64,000 nucleotides of DNA, from the NCBI GenBank assembly GCA_041665345.1, contig JBAYJA010000001.1:329206-393205 (forward strand). The letters are read 5' to 3'. The notes under the pieces were generated by a model. The model made no database searches. It saw only the letters and a list, made by a program, of their open reading frames with translations, and was not told where the DNA came from. The stretch comes from Patescibacteria group bacterium. Lineage in GTDB: Bacteria > Patescibacteriota > Patescibacteriia > PEXW01. This document shows positions 37,719 to 49,884 of the stretch, one piece after another. A program made the translations under genes and the position numbers. How positions within the stretch are numbered: the stretch's first letter is position 1; every line of letters begins with the position of its first letter.

Positions 37719-38066
37719 ATGGGTGGAGAAGGCGAAACAGGGTACGTGCCAGAAAACGAAGACGTAAAAGCAGGTGGGTACATGACGGCGAAACGAGCGG
37801 TAGAGCAAATCGTCAACGCGGATCAGAGTATAAATATGAAGCCGTTTCAGTACGACGCAGAGAACGTGCAAGCGCGGTTGATTGAAATGGTGAACCATGA
37901 CCTTGCAGATAAAGGCCGGGGTGAGCTTGATCAAGACTCGCAGGATGCCATGGGGAATGCAGTCTCTGCTGCACTGGAGGACGGCAAGCTGAATGTGGAA
38001 ACCTTGCAGGCAAAAGTCGCAGAAGTGGTGAGCGCACACCTGGAAAAAGCTGGGGGAGCGGAGTAA
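37719..38066 (+). CDS. acidic hypothetical protein
   Basis: 115-aa ORF followed by terminator 38090-38117. Confidence 0.65.
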   Translation: MGGEGETGYVPENEDVKAGGYMTAKRAVEQIVNADQSINMKPFQYDAENVQARLIEMVNHDLADKGRGELDQDSQDAMGNAVSAALEDGKLNVETLQAKVAEVVSAHLEKAGGAE

Positions 38067-38168
38067 GGACAATTTTGTATATATCAACAAAACCCACCTT
38101 TCCAAAGGCGGGTTTTTGGAACTCCTACCGTATCTGTGCTACTGTAGGGATGAAAGGAGGCGGGGCAT

Positions 38169-38468
38169 ATGTCTGGTTTTACCCCAATAAAATACACGTT
38201 GAATCGCAATATCCAGTCTTCCGGGATGCAAGATCAAGTGGACGCCGCCAGGAGCCTGGAGGTCTTTTCTGAGGTGTTAAAAGACATCATGGGTGAGGAT
38301 TTTGTGGATAAGGGGAAGGCGCTGTATTTGAAGAACCGGACCCTGACCATCTCCGTTACGTCGGCCGTGTACGGCCAGGAAATTAAACTCCAGGAGAAGA
38401 AAATTGTGGACGCCATGAATGCAAAATTGCAGGGTACCTTGGTGGAACGGCTGCGCTTTTTGGCCTAG
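38169..38468 (+). CDS. dciA: DciA/DUF721 family protein
   Basis: LKNRTLTISVTSAVYGQEIKL..VERLRF. Confidence 0.75.
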   Translation: MSGFTPIKYTLNRNIQSSGMQDQVDAARSLEVFSEVLKDIMGEDFVDKGKALYLKNRTLTISVTSAVYGQEIKLQEKKIVDAMNAKLQGTLVERLRFLA

Positions 38469-38525
38469 GAAAAACTGCCAGAATGTGGTATATTTTTAGG
38501 GACGAACGTCCCATTTTTTGTATCT

Positions 38526-38921
38526 ATGAGTCTTCAGAAATACTTGCTTTTTTTCTGCTTGGCCACCCTGTTTTCCTGGCTGGCCTGGCTCATCGTCCTC
38601 ACGCAGCTTAACCCGGATGTAAACCGGAGCATCACGGTCATGGCATTTAGCCTGTCCTTGGGTTTTGCCGTGGCTGGAACCGTGACGCTCTTTGGCTTTG
38701 GGGTGCGCGCGTGGTTTGGGAAAAACGTGGTGCTCTTCCGCGCTTTGCAAACCTCGGTGCGGCAGGGTGTCATTGTTGCGGTTTTCGTGGAAGCCCTGCT
38801 GGTACTGCAAGCCATGCGCTGGTTTGCCTGGTGGAATGCGGTTCCACTCACCCTGTTTTTCATTCTGCTAGAAGCGTTCTTCCTGGCGCAGGAAAATGCT
38901 GGTGAACGGCAAACCCGATGA
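38526..38921 (+). CDS. conserved 4-TM membrane protein
   Basis: SVRQG, WWNAVPL; overlaps pheS start. Confidence 0.75.
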   Translation: MSLQKYLLFFCLATLFSWLAWLIVLTQLNPDVNRSITVMAFSLSLGFAVAGTVTLFGFGVRAWFGKNVVLFRALQTSVRQGVIVAVFVEALLVLQAMRWFAWWNAVPLTLFFILLEAFFLAQENAGERQTR

Positions 38922-39940
38922 AAGACCAACTAGAAAAACTGCAAGCAGACATGCTGCAAGCCTTGAGCAAGGCTGCGGACGCAAAAACCGTGGATGCCTT
39001 GGAAGTGCAGGCTTTGGGCCGGAAAGGCGCCTTGGCGCAGCTGCTGGCCAAGATTCCTGACCTGCAACCAGAGGAGCGTGCGGGGGTTGGAACCCTCGCT
39101 AGTAAGGTGCGCGCTGCACTCACCCAGGCCATCATTGCTGCACGGTCTCGGCTTGCAGCAGTGCAACCCGCGCAAACGCAGTTTGACCCAACCTGGCCCG
39201 GGGTCATGCCCAGCATTGGCCATGCGCACCCGGTTGCCGCCTTTGTGGACACCGCGGTGGAGTTTTTCACGCGTCTGGGCTACGACGTGGCCGACGGCCC
39301 GGAAGTGGAAACTGCTGCGTACAATTTTGACAAGCTCAACATTCCCGCAGACCACCCCAGCCGGGATTTGTGGGACACGTACTACGTGCAGTCCAAAGGC
39401 GCAAACCCGCTTCTGCTCCGCACGCACACGTCGCCGGTGCAGCTGCGGTACCTGGAAAGCCATAAACCTCCTGTGTACGTCATGTGCCCAGGCCGGGTCT
39501 ACCGCCACGAAGCCACTGACGCCGGGCACGAGACCACCTTCACCCAAATTGAAGGTTTGGCCATTGACCGCAACCTGCACGTGACAGACTTGATTGGTAC
39601 GCTCACGGCTTTTCTGCGGCACACCTTTGGCAAAGTCAAAACTCGCGTGCGGCCACACTACTACCCCTTCGTGGAACCAGGGATGGACGTGGACATGTCC
39701 TGCCTGCTCTGCGGCGGCAAAGGCTGCGCCGTGTGCAAGCAATCTGGCTGGTTGGAAATGCTGGGTGCGGGTATGGTGCATCCTACAGTCCTGCGTATCA
39801 TGCATGTGGATCCCAAGAAATTCTCCGGCTTCGCCTTTGGCATGGGCGTGGAACGCTTGGTCATGCTCAAGCATGGCATTTCCGATGTCCGCCAGTTCCT
39901 CAGCGGTGACCTACGCTTTCTCCAGCAGTTTCACTCTTAA
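38918..39940 (+). CDS. pheS: phenylalanine--tRNA ligase alpha subunit
   Basis: LLRTHTSPVQ, YYPFVEP, GAGMVHP, GFAFGMGVERL. Confidence 0.98.
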   Translation: MKDQLEKLQADMLQALSKAADAKTVDALEVQALGRKGALAQLLAKIPDLQPEERAGVGTLASKVRAALTQAIIAARSRLAAVQPAQTQFDPTWPGVMPSIGHAHPVAAFVDTAVEFFTRLGYDVADGPEVETAAYNFDKLNIPADHPSRDLWDTYYVQSKGANPLLLRTHTSPVQLRYLESHKPPVYVMCPGRVYRHEATDAGHETTFTQIEGLAIDRNLHVTDLIGTLTAFLRHTFGKVKTRVRPHYYPFVEPGMDVDMSCLLCGGKGCAVCKQSGWLEMLGAGMVHPTVLRIMHVDPKKFSGFAFGMGVERLVMLKHGISDVRQFLSGDLRFLQQFHS

Positions 39941-39951
39941 GCACGCACTGT

Positions 39952-40374
39952 ATGCACGATCCAAAAGAATTCACCGCAGAGGAATCCTTGAGCCACGTTG
40001 AAGCTATTGAAGAAGCAGAAGAAGAATTACCCCCAGATGAGAAAGATTTGGAGCTTGAAAAGGAAATGGAGCTCACGGGCAAAGAGCAGGAGTGGGAGGA
40101 GCATCTCTTGCATGATTTAAAAGACTGGAAAGCTGCACGGTCTTCTCAACCTGTTGAGGCACAAGATGCAATTTTGCACATGAAAGCAAAGTTTGACCGG
40201 GATGATATTGTGCTCTACCACGCCTGGCAACAAGTGAAGAAGTCGCCCAGCCCGTACTTCCGGCAGAAATTTGGCAAACTCTTGCGGCATCGTTTGGAAA
40301 AATTTGACGATAAGCGAGATTCGAATGAGTACCGCTTGGCAAAGACGCTCCGGGCTATGCAGCCTGAAGAATAA
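39952..40374 (+). CDS. hypothetical protein between pheS and pheT
   Basis: 140-aa ORF filling the gap; acidic N-terminus. Confidence 0.7.
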   Translation: MHDPKEFTAEESLSHVEAIEEAEEELPPDEKDLELEKEMELTGKEQEWEEHLLHDLKDWKAARSSQPVEAQDAILHMKAKFDRDDIVLYHAWQQVKKSPSPYFRQKFGKLLRHRLEKFDDKRDSNEYRLAKTLRAMQPEE

Positions 40375-40380
40375 TTTTTC

Positions 40381-42699
40381 ATGAAGCTCCCACTTTCCTG
40401 GCTCAAAGATTTCGTCTCGGTCCGGCTCTCGGTTGAGAAGCTGGCCGAAGCTTTGACGTTGTCTGGCTCGGAGGTGGAGAAAATTGAGCGCGGGCCAAAG
40501 TTGGACGGTGTGGTGGTTGGCCATGTGCTGAAAGTGGAGAAGCACCCAAATGCGGACCGGCTCCGCGTGTGTCAGGTGCAGGTGGACAGCAACGCACCCA
40601 AAACTATTGTCTGCGGTGCGCCCAACATTGCTGTGGGGCAGAAGGTACCCGTGGCGCAGCCAGGCACAACCTTGCCCAATGGACTGACTTTGGAAAAAGC
40701 CACCATCCGTGGGGTTGCTTCGGAGGGGATGGTATGCGCGGCGGACGAACTAGGTCTGGGTGAAGACCACACTGGTATACTCGTCCTCAACCCAGCGGCG
40801 AAGGTTGGTGCCCCAGCTGGCCAGTGGCTGGGGAGTGGGGATACGGTGCTGGATTTGGACATTACTCCCAACCGGGGTGACTGCTTGTCCATTCGCGGTC
40901 TGGCACGGGAAGTGGCTGCGCTCACTGGGCAGAAGGTGCACACTCCCGCGGTCACGTTCAAGGAAGGGAAAGGAAAAGCTGACGTGAAAGTGAAAATTGC
41001 TGACACCCGTGCCTGCCCAGAGTACATTGTTCGGGTTATTGATGGTGTACAAGTAGGGGAGTCACCAATGAAAATCCAAGACCGTTTACGCGCAGCTGGG
41101 CTCCGGCCAGTGAACGCAGTGGTGGATGCTACCAACTACGTGATGTTAGAACTTGGCCAGCCCTTGCACGCTTTTGATGGAAAGCATATCCAATCCATTG
41201 CTGTCCGCCGCGCCCAATCCAATGAATCCCTCACCACGCTGGATGGTATTCGGCGTTCGCTGGTGCAAAATGACATAGTCATCACTGATGGGAAAAAGCC
41301 CATTGCGCTGGCTGGGGTCATGGGCGCCGCGGAAACCAGCGTGAGTGATACTACTACAAGAATTATTTTGGAATCCGCGCGGTTTGACGCAATCAGCGTC
41401 CGGAAAACTGCACAGCGTTTAAGTTTGCGGTCTGATGCGTCCACCCGGTTTGAAAAAGGGATTGACCCCGCTCTGGCCGCGGAAGCCGTGGACCGCGCCG
41501 CTGCGTACATTGCAGAATGGTGCGGGGGTACTGTGCTGCGTGGCCGGGTACGCGCTGGGAAAACCAGCCTGGCTCCAAAACGCATTAGCGTTTCACTGGA
41601 TGCCATAAAAAAACTTTTGGGCGTAACAGTCTCTGCCAGTCAAGCCAAGAAATTGCTGGTCAGCCTCGGCTGCAAAGTTGCGGGCACCACCAAGCTGCTG
41701 CAAGTCACGCCGCCAACGTGGCGTTTGGATCTAGTCATCCCTGAGGATGTGATTGAAGAAATTGGTCGGTTGCTTGATTACAATACGTTTACCCCATCTT
41801 TACCCGTGATGCAGCAGCGCACGCCCACCTTCCCGCCTGAGTACCAGCTGGTGCGCGCAACCCGGCGGCGATTGGTTGCGGCCGGTTGCACCGAAGTTTC
41901 CACCTACAGTTTCTACGGCCAGCACTTGGCCCAAGCCTTTGCCTTGGCTGATGAGCCGCACATGGCCGTGGCCAACCCACTGAATCCAGACCAAGCCTTA
42001 CTCCGCCGTTCGCTCATGCCTTTGCTGCTCAGCGTTGCTGGGAAGCAGAGTGCAGACCGCGGCCAGCTCAGCATCTTTGACGTTGGCCGGGTGTTCTGGC
42101 CAACCTCCAGCAACCGGCCGCCAGAAGAGCGGCGCATGCTGGGCATGGTCGTTGTCGATCAAAAAGCCGACGCGTTCTTGCGGGTCAAAGGTTTAGTTGC
42201 GGATTTGTGCCACGCCATTGGTTTGCCAGATGTTCGCATCCACGCTTCCACCAATCGCTCCGCACGTATCCTGGCCGGGGCAGAACCCATTGGCATCATT
42301 GGCTGGGTGGGGGAGAAGTACGCCGCGGCAGCCAAACTGAAGCGACCCGCAGCGTTCTGCGAAATTGACCTGAGTTTGGTTGCAACCTTGCCCACGAATG
42401 GCCTGAAGGTGAAACCTGTCCCGCTGTACCCATCGGTCGAGCGGGACATTGCCTTGGTCTTGCCGGCAGGCAAGCTGGTCTCGCACGTTGACCTGGCCAG
42501 AACCATCCGCGCCGTGGACCCGCTCATCCTCTCGGTCAAGGGTTTTGACCGCTTCACCTTGCCGGATCAGCGCCTGAGCGTCGCCCTCCATATCACCTTC
42601 CAATCACCCGGAAAAAGCTTGACCGGACATGAAGTGCAGGCTATTCTGGACACAGTAACCCGCGCCGTTCGGGACGCATTTGGTGCTGAACTTCGGTAG
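40381..42699 (+). CDS. pheT: phenylalanine--tRNA ligase beta subunit
   Basis: HPNADRL, ITPNRGDCLS, RFEKG, YPSVERDIA. Confidence 0.98.
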   Translation: MKLPLSWLKDFVSVRLSVEKLAEALTLSGSEVEKIERGPKLDGVVVGHVLKVEKHPNADRLRVCQVQVDSNAPKTIVCGAPNIAVGQKVPVAQPGTTLPNGLTLEKATIRGVASEGMVCAADELGLGEDHTGILVLNPAAKVGAPAGQWLGSGDTVLDLDITPNRGDCLSIRGLAREVAALTGQKVHTPAVTFKEGKGKADVKVKIADTRACPEYIVRVIDGVQVGESPMKIQDRLRAAGLRPVNAVVDATNYVMLELGQPLHAFDGKHIQSIAVRRAQSNESLTTLDGIRRSLVQNDIVITDGKKPIALAGVMGAAETSVSDTTTRIILESARFDAISVRKTAQRLSLRSDASTRFEKGIDPALAAEAVDRAAAYIAEWCGGTVLRGRVRAGKTSLAPKRISVSLDAIKKLLGVTVSASQAKKLLVSLGCKVAGTTKLLQVTPPTWRLDLVIPEDVIEEIGRLLDYNTFTPSLPVMQQRTPTFPPEYQLVRATRRRLVAAGCTEVSTYSFYGQHLAQAFALADEPHMAVANPLNPDQALLRRSLMPLLLSVAGKQSADRGQLSIFDVGRVFWPTSSNRPPEERRMLGMVVVDQKADAFLRVKGLVADLCHAIGLPDVRIHASTNRSARILAGAEPIGIIGWVGEKYAAAAKLKRPAAFCEIDLSLVATLPTNGLKVKPVPLYPSVERDIALVLPAGKLVSHVDLARTIRAVDPLILSVKGFDRFTLPDQRLSVALHITFQSPGKSLTGHEVQAILDTVTRAVRDAFGAELR

Positions 42700-42700
42700 T

Positions 42701-42741
42701 TACGAATTACGAAAATGGATACGAATGTACGAATTACGAAT
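42701..42741. repeat. short tandem TACGAA(T/A) repeat x5
   Basis: Units at 42701, 42708, 42720, 42728, 42735; hairpin follows at 42751-42774. Confidence 0.75.
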
Positions 42742-42795
42742 ACCGTTGCGCCCCTCTCCCGCAAGGGGGAGAGGAGGCAATAAGCTTATAAATAT

Positions 42796-43152
42796 ATGAA
42801 GAAATGCCCATACTGTAAGGAAGACATTCAAGATGATGCCATCAAGTGTAAGCATTGCGGTAGCATGTTTAAAATTGATGCAGAGAAAGCTTCTATTTCT
42901 ACCAAAGAAGTTCCAAATTGTGGTCTATGTGGTAGTGTGATGAAGAAGTCCAAAGAGGCAAAATCTGGTGGTATGGGCTGTCTTCTGCTTATTATTGGTG
43001 TGCTACTTTGTCTGACGTTATACGGTGCCATTATTGGTATCCCACTAATTATCTATGCCCTCCATCTTGGAAGTAAGCGACGTGGTTTGTGGGTCTGCAC
43101 AAAATGCGGGCACCAGGTTGAACGTAAGATTAAATGGAACGAGTGGGGGTAG
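42796..43152 (+). CDS. zinc-ribbon membrane protein
   Basis: CPYC..CKHC, CGLC, TM hairpin, CTKC. Confidence 0.8.
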   Translation: MKKCPYCKEDIQDDAIKCKHCGSMFKIDAEKASISTKEVPNCGLCGSVMKKSKEAKSGGMGCLLLIIGVLLCLTLYGAIIGIPLIIYALHLGSKRRGLWVCTKCGHQVERKIKWNEWG

Positions 43153-43170
43153 AGTAGTGTCATTTTATAA

Positions 43171-45222
<2,052 letters not shown>

Positions 45223-45370
45223 TTACGTTCTGAGCTTGTGTGAGAGATGAGATATTAAGTTCTGTACAAGTTAGTATTTTTGTTAGTTAGATATTGACAT
45301 CTTGAAATGGAATCTATACTATGAGATACTCTCCATAAGGAATGAGAATAGTCGAAAGAAGGATAATTTT

Positions 45371-45730
45371 ATGAATATTTTTAGCTTATTCAAGCCTAAA
45401 AAACTCGATCAAGAAGCTTTTGAGGCCTATTGGCATAGGCTTCCAAATAATCTTGCGATTCAGTGGTTTCGAGATGGTAAATATATTGTTGGCAACATTC
45501 AAGCCGAAGGAGAGGTATTTATGACCCAGGGACGTACTGCTGATGAATTCATTGATATGGTCAATGAAACTGTTTACGCTGTTTACAATATTCCCAAAGA
45601 ATATTTTAGTCTTTTGAAACTTTCTAAAGAGTTTAAACCAGTACCGGAGGAGTATGCAAAATTACATAATGCTAGCATTCATGAATCTTCACTTTCTTTG
45701 AAGAAATCGATCAAACCCCAACTAGCATGA
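45371..45730 (+). CDS. HicB-like antitoxin
   Basis: FMTQGRTADEFIDMVNETV resembles the HicB N-domain; AT-rich. Confidence 0.55.
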   Translation: MNIFSLFKPKKLDQEAFEAYWHRLPNNLAIQWFRDGKYIVGNIQAEGEVFMTQGRTADEFIDMVNETVYAVYNIPKEYFSLLKLSKEFKPVPEEYAKLHNASIHESSLSLKKSIKPQLA

Positions 45731-45736
45731 TAAGGT

Positions 45737-45988
45737 ATGGGGACGTATGCAAATGTGAAATATAGGAAGCTTGCAGGTGGACTACTTCGGTGGCTTGCAA
45801 GTAAAGAAAATGTAGAAGTGCTCACTGGCGGGAAACATGTTATTGTAGTTCGGCATGCATTTGCGGAACGGCCTTTCCCTATACCGAAGCTAGGTAATGA
45901 AGTAAATAAGCACATTATTGCAAGTTTCCAAAAGTGGTTAGAAAAACTTGGAGTCTGTTCGAAAGAAGAGTTTGACGAAAGATTGTGA
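45737..45988 (+). CDS. HicA-like toxin
   Basis: 83 aa, GGKHVIV motif, ends SKEEFDERL. Confidence 0.55.
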   Translation: MGTYANVKYRKLAGGLLRWLASKENVEVLTGGKHVIVVRHAFAERPFPIPKLGNEVNKHIIASFQKWLEKLGVCSKEEFDERL

Positions 45989-46074
45989 ATAAAAAAACAC
46001 CACTTGAAGACAGTACATCAAGAGGTATTTTTCGTCGTGATTCACTAAGAGTATACACCATAAAACAGTTATAG

Positions 46075-46869
46075 ATGACTTATTCCACTGTACTGGATAT
46101 ACGCGCTCTCCGGACGCCCGCCCCTCGTTCCCACAAGTGGCAGAACGGGGCGGTCTTGGTGATTGGTGGGTCTCACCGGTACCACGGTGCGCTCATGCTG
46201 GCGGCGCAGACGGCTAGTGCGTTTGTGGACATGGTGCACGTTGCTTCACCAGAGGACTATGGTTACTTGCTGCCCAAACTCCGCAAGCAGAGTATGACCT
46301 TCATTCCGGTGTTCCGGAAAGAGCTGGGGACGTACATTGGGCATGTGGACGTAGTACTCATGGGTCCGGGCTTGGAAGTGAACCCAGTAAATCGTACATT
46401 GGTTAACCAACTCCTGCGGAAGTATCCTGAGAAACGCTTTGTGCTGGATGCTGGAGCATTCCGCATGGCAAATCTCAAGTACATTGGACCGCACTGCATA
46501 TGCACACCCAACGCGCGGGAGTTCATAGATGTGTTTGACCTACAGCCAACCGCTACCAATGTGCGCCGGGTTGCAAAAACCTACCAGACCAATATCCTGG
46601 CCAAGAGTGCAGTGAGCTTTATTTCTACACCCACAAAGTTTGCCGAGAATCACGCAGGTCATCCAGGTCTGACCAAAGGCGGGACAGGGGATATTCTGGC
46701 TGCCCTGGTCACCTCGTTCTACACCAAGAATGATGCCTTCCTAAGCATGAAAGCCGCTTCTTTCCTTCTGGGCACAACAGCTGAGCAGCTAGCCAAAAAG
46801 CGTTCGTATGCGTACTCGGCTGAGGATTTACTGAAAGCCGTACCCGAAGTGTTTGGACAGCTCCGGTAG
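46075..46869 (+). CDS. nnrD: ADP-dependent NAD(P)H-hydrate dehydratase (YjeF C-domain)
   Basis: SHK..GAVLVIGGS..YHGA, GPGL, LDAGA, TPNAREF, KGGTGDILA. Confidence 0.9.
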   Translation: MTYSTVLDIRALRTPAPRSHKWQNGAVLVIGGSHRYHGALMLAAQTASAFVDMVHVASPEDYGYLLPKLRKQSMTFIPVFRKELGTYIGHVDVVLMGPGLEVNPVNRTLVNQLLRKYPEKRFVLDAGAFRMANLKYIGPHCICTPNAREFIDVFDLQPTATNVRRVAKTYQTNILAKSAVSFISTPTKFAENHAGHPGLTKGGTGDILAALVTSFYTKNDAFLSMKAASFLLGTTAEQLAKKRSYAYSAEDLLKAVPEVFGQLR

Positions 46870-46879
46870 AATCCTGGAT

Positions 46880-46908
46880 TTGACAGGGTAGTTTGAAGGT
46901 TGTATAGT
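46880..46908 (+). promoter_or_regulatory. promoter of the secE-nusG-rplK operon
   Basis: TTGACA-17-TATAGT with extended TG. Confidence 0.75.
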
Positions 46909-46993
46909 CACCCCATCACGTCCCGCCCGGGCCGATTTTAGAAATCGAGAATGCTGGGTGTGTGGACGACATCGCATTTTTCCTAAGGATTCT

Positions 46994-47179
46994 ATGGCAT
47001 TTTTGCCAAAATACTTCCGTGAGAGCTACGAGGAACTGAAGAAGGTTTCTTGGCCTTCACGTAAGCAAACCATCAACGACACCCTCTTGGTCATCGCCGT
47101 TTCTGTGGGCGTTGCAGCTTTCCTGGGCGCTCTGGATATTGGTCTTACCTCCGCTCTCAACAAGCTCGTTATCCGATAA
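46994..47179 (+). CDS. secE: preprotein translocase SecE
   Basis: ELKKVSWPSRK plus one TM; upstream of nusG. Confidence 0.95.
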   Translation: MAFLPKYFRESYEELKKVSWPSRKQTINDTLLVIAVSVGVAAFLGALDIGLTSALNKLVIR

Positions 47180-47183
47180 GTGT

Positions 47184-47729
47184 ATGCCAAAACAAACCGT
47201 CCAACATGGTCGCAAGTGGTACGTGCTGCACACCTACTCTGGGTACGAAGAGAACGTGGCGCGGAACCTACGCCAGCGTATTGAATCCATGGACATGCAG
47301 GACAAAATTTTCAGTGTCCTGATTCCCACGGAGAACAAGATTAAAATCCGGAATGGCAAGCGCCGTGTGGTTACGGAGAAGATTTTTCCGGGGTACGTGC
47401 TGGTGGAAATGATTGTCACCGACGACTCCTGGTACGTCATCCGCAATACGCCGAACGTTACCGGGTTTGTGGGTTCGGGAACTACGCCAACGCCAATTTC
47501 CGAAGAAGAGGTGAAGGAAATTCAGAAGCGCATGGGTGTGGCTGAGCCGAAGTTCAAGATTGATATCATGGTGAACACACCCGTGAAGATTACTGACGGG
47601 CCGTTCAAAGACTACGAAGGCAAAGTGTCTGAAGTTGATGAAGCGCGCGGTAAGGTCAAAGTGCTGGTTTCCATGTTCGGCCGGGAAACGCCGGTTGAAC
47701 TCGACTTCCTCCAGGTTAAGAAGATATAG
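47184..47729 (+). CDS. nusG: transcription factor NusG
   Basis: WYVLHTYSGYE, FPGYVLV, KOW domain, FGRETPVEL. Confidence 0.98.
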   Translation: MPKQTVQHGRKWYVLHTYSGYEENVARNLRQRIESMDMQDKIFSVLIPTENKIKIRNGKRRVVTEKIFPGYVLVEMIVTDDSWYVIRNTPNVTGFVGSGTTPTPISEEEVKEIQKRMGVAEPKFKIDIMVNTPVKITDGPFKDYEGKVSEVDEARGKVKVLVSMFGRETPVELDFLQVKKI

Positions 47730-47735
47730 AATTTT

Positions 47736-48161
47736 ATGGCGAAGAAGATTAAGACAGTTGTCAAACTCCAAATTGTGGGTGGCCAGGCAAACCCGGCCCC
47801 TCCAGTGGGTACAGCCCTTGGGCCCCACGGCTTGAACCTTGCAGAATTCTGCAAGCGGTTCAACGATGCCACCAAAGATCGCATGGGTGAAGTTACCCCA
47901 GCAGAAATTACCATCTACGAAGACCGAACCTACGAGTTCATTCTGAAGACCGCACCCGCGGCTGACCTGTTGAAGAAGGCGGCGAAGATTGAGAAGGGTT
48001 CAGCCAAGCCATTGCAGGATAAGGTTGGCAAAGTGACCAAGGCACAGATCAAGGAAATTGCGGAAAAGAAAATGCCTGACCTGAACGCCAAGGATTTGGA
48101 AGGCGCCATGCGGATTATTGAAGGCACGGCCCGCAACATGGGTTTGACTGTTGTAGACTAA
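47736..48161 (+). CDS. rplK: 50S ribosomal protein L11
   Basis: [26 protein letters not shown]. Confidence 0.98.
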   Translation: MAKKIKTVVKLQIVGGQANPAPPVGTALGPHGLNLAEFCKRFNDATKDRMGEVTPAEITIYEDRTYEFILKTAPAADLLKKAAKIEKGSAKPLQDKVGKVTKAQIKEIAEKKMPDLNAKDLEGAMRIIEGTARNMGLTVVD

Positions 48162-48165
48162 TTCC

Positions 48166-49023
48166 ATGTCTGACCAGAGTTCCAGCATTCGGCACCTGTA
48201 CTTCTACCTCGTCGCGTTCATCGCGCTGGGTTTTGTGGTGGGTGCTTCGGTGTACATTCTCAACTTCGTGGGAAAGGTGAGTGTCTTCCCAGAAGCAGAA
48301 GTTTCGTTCCGTGGAACACCGCCTGGACTCTTCTTCAACCCAAGTAAAGATGGAGCAGCCCCCATTCTCACGGTTACCTGTACTGATACCTGCTCGCTGA
48401 CGGAAGCTGACCGCACGAGTATTCGTGACTGGCAAGCAAACTACACGTCGTGGCAAGACCAACCTTCACGTTCTACCAACCGCAATCGAGGGTTGGTGAA
48501 TGCATTGTCATTCCTCATTGTTGCCTTGCCGATTTTCTGGTTCCACTTCCGCACCGCACAACGTGATTTCAAAGCAGAGGCGCAGCAACCACAGCCGGAT
48601 CCCAAACGAGCAGGCCGGACTATCCGAACATTTTACTTCTACTTGGTTGCCTTTGCGGCCATTGTCATGTTCATCATTTCCGCAGGGGTGACCATCAACA
48701 CAAGTCTGCGTACCTGGCTACTTGCTGAGGGGTCAACGACGAATGAAATTGCAAAGCCATTTGCTAGTAGTGGAACGTCGGACACGGAAGGCGTAACCTC
48801 GCTGGCTGCATGTGCGGAGAAGTGTAAGCTGGATACAACGCTTGTTACACAGCTTGCAGACTGGCAAGTAGACTACGATCAAGCAAAAGCGGAGATGGAA
48901 CAGCAGCGCACAAAAGATTGGCAGCGGACCCTCGCCATGTCCATTCCTTTCCTGCTCGCGAGCATCCCGCTTTTCTGGTTGCATTGGCTGGTGATTCAGC
49001 GCGAGCGCAAACAACTTACCTAA
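48166..49023 (+). CDS. membrane protein with duplicated DUF5671-like domain
   Basis: Two copies of IRxxYFYLVAF..C..C..W..Y..PxFWxH. Confidence 0.75.
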   Translation: MSDQSSSIRHLYFYLVAFIALGFVVGASVYILNFVGKVSVFPEAEVSFRGTPPGLFFNPSKDGAAPILTVTCTDTCSLTEADRTSIRDWQANYTSWQDQPSRSTNRNRGLVNALSFLIVALPIFWFHFRTAQRDFKAEAQQPQPDPKRAGRTIRTFYFYLVAFAAIVMFIISAGVTINTSLRTWLLAEGSTTNEIAKPFASSGTSDTEGVTSLAACAEKCKLDTTLVTQLADWQVDYDQAKAEMEQQRTKDWQRTLAMSIPFLLASIPLFWLHWLVIQRERKQLT

Positions 49024-49033
49024 CTATTTCTAT

Positions 49034-49069
49034 GTGGGAGTCCTCCTCGTCGGCGGACGTTAACACCAC
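49034..49069 (+). promoter_or_regulatory. L1-binding autoregulatory leader of rplA
   Basis: GTGGGAG..hairpin..TAACACCAC just upstream of rplA. Confidence 0.65.
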
Positions 49070-49085
49070 GTAACACTTCATCCGT

Positions 49086-49769
49086 ATGGCACAGCACAGT
49101 AAGCGCTACCGCGAGGTAGCCAAGAAAATCGACTCGACCAAGACGTACCCGCTCGCCGAGGCCGTAGCTTTGGCACAGGAAACCGCAACCACCAAGTTTA
49201 CGGGCAGCGTGGAACTGCACATTCGTCTGGGGATTGACCCCAAGAAAGCAGATCAGCTTGTCCGCGGATCCGTGGTTTTGCCGCATGGGACAGGCAAGAG
49301 CAAGCGCGTGGCTGTCTTTGCCACAGGCCCAGCCGCAGAAGCCGCGAAGAAAGCCGGTGCGGCCGTGGTGGGTGGGGAGGAGCTCATTGCTCAGGTGAAG
49401 CAGAAGAATGGCATTGATGCGGACGTCGTGGTCGCTACGCCAGACATGATGAAACTGTTGAGCGGGGTGGCAAAAATTTTGGGCCCCCGCGGTCTCATGC
49501 CAAACCCCAAGAACGAGACCGTGACCCCAGACGTGGCCAAGGCTGTGAAAGAACTTGCCGGTGGCAAAGCAACCTTCCGCAATGATGAATCTGGGAATCT
49601 GCACCAAGCAGTTGGGAAAACGAATTTTACCGCCGAGCAAATTGCGGCAAATGCTCAAGCCTTCTTGGATGCGGTTCGGCGCGTGAAACCCGCTGCGGTG
49701 AAGGGAACCTACCTTCGCACGGTCACCCTGACCACCAGCATGGGGCCAGGGGTGAGAGTGCAGGTGTAG
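49086..49769 (+). CDS. rplA: 50S ribosomal protein L1
   Basis: LPHGTGK, LGPRGLMPNPK, TTSMGPG. Confidence 0.98.
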   Translation: MAQHSKRYREVAKKIDSTKTYPLAEAVALAQETATTKFTGSVELHIRLGIDPKKADQLVRGSVVLPHGTGKSKRVAVFATGPAAEAAKKAGAAVVGGEELIAQVKQKNGIDADVVVATPDMMKLLSGVAKILGPRGLMPNPKNETVTPDVAKAVKELAGGKATFRNDESGNLHQAVGKTNFTAEQIAANAQAFLDAVRRVKPAAVKGTYLRTVTLTTSMGPGVRVQV

Positions 49770-49884
49770 TTTTTCGGTTTTGGTGGGGCAGCGAGTATGG
49801 TGAATGGTTGTTGTTGAAGTCAGCCCAAACCCAAACCTCCAACCATACGAGCGTCCACACCCAAACCATGTAACCCACCAAACT

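Noticed and set aside
46910-46990. tRNA-Trp upstream of secE
   Set aside because: No cloverleaf or TTCGA T-loop; I saw no tRNA or rRNA anywhere in the window.
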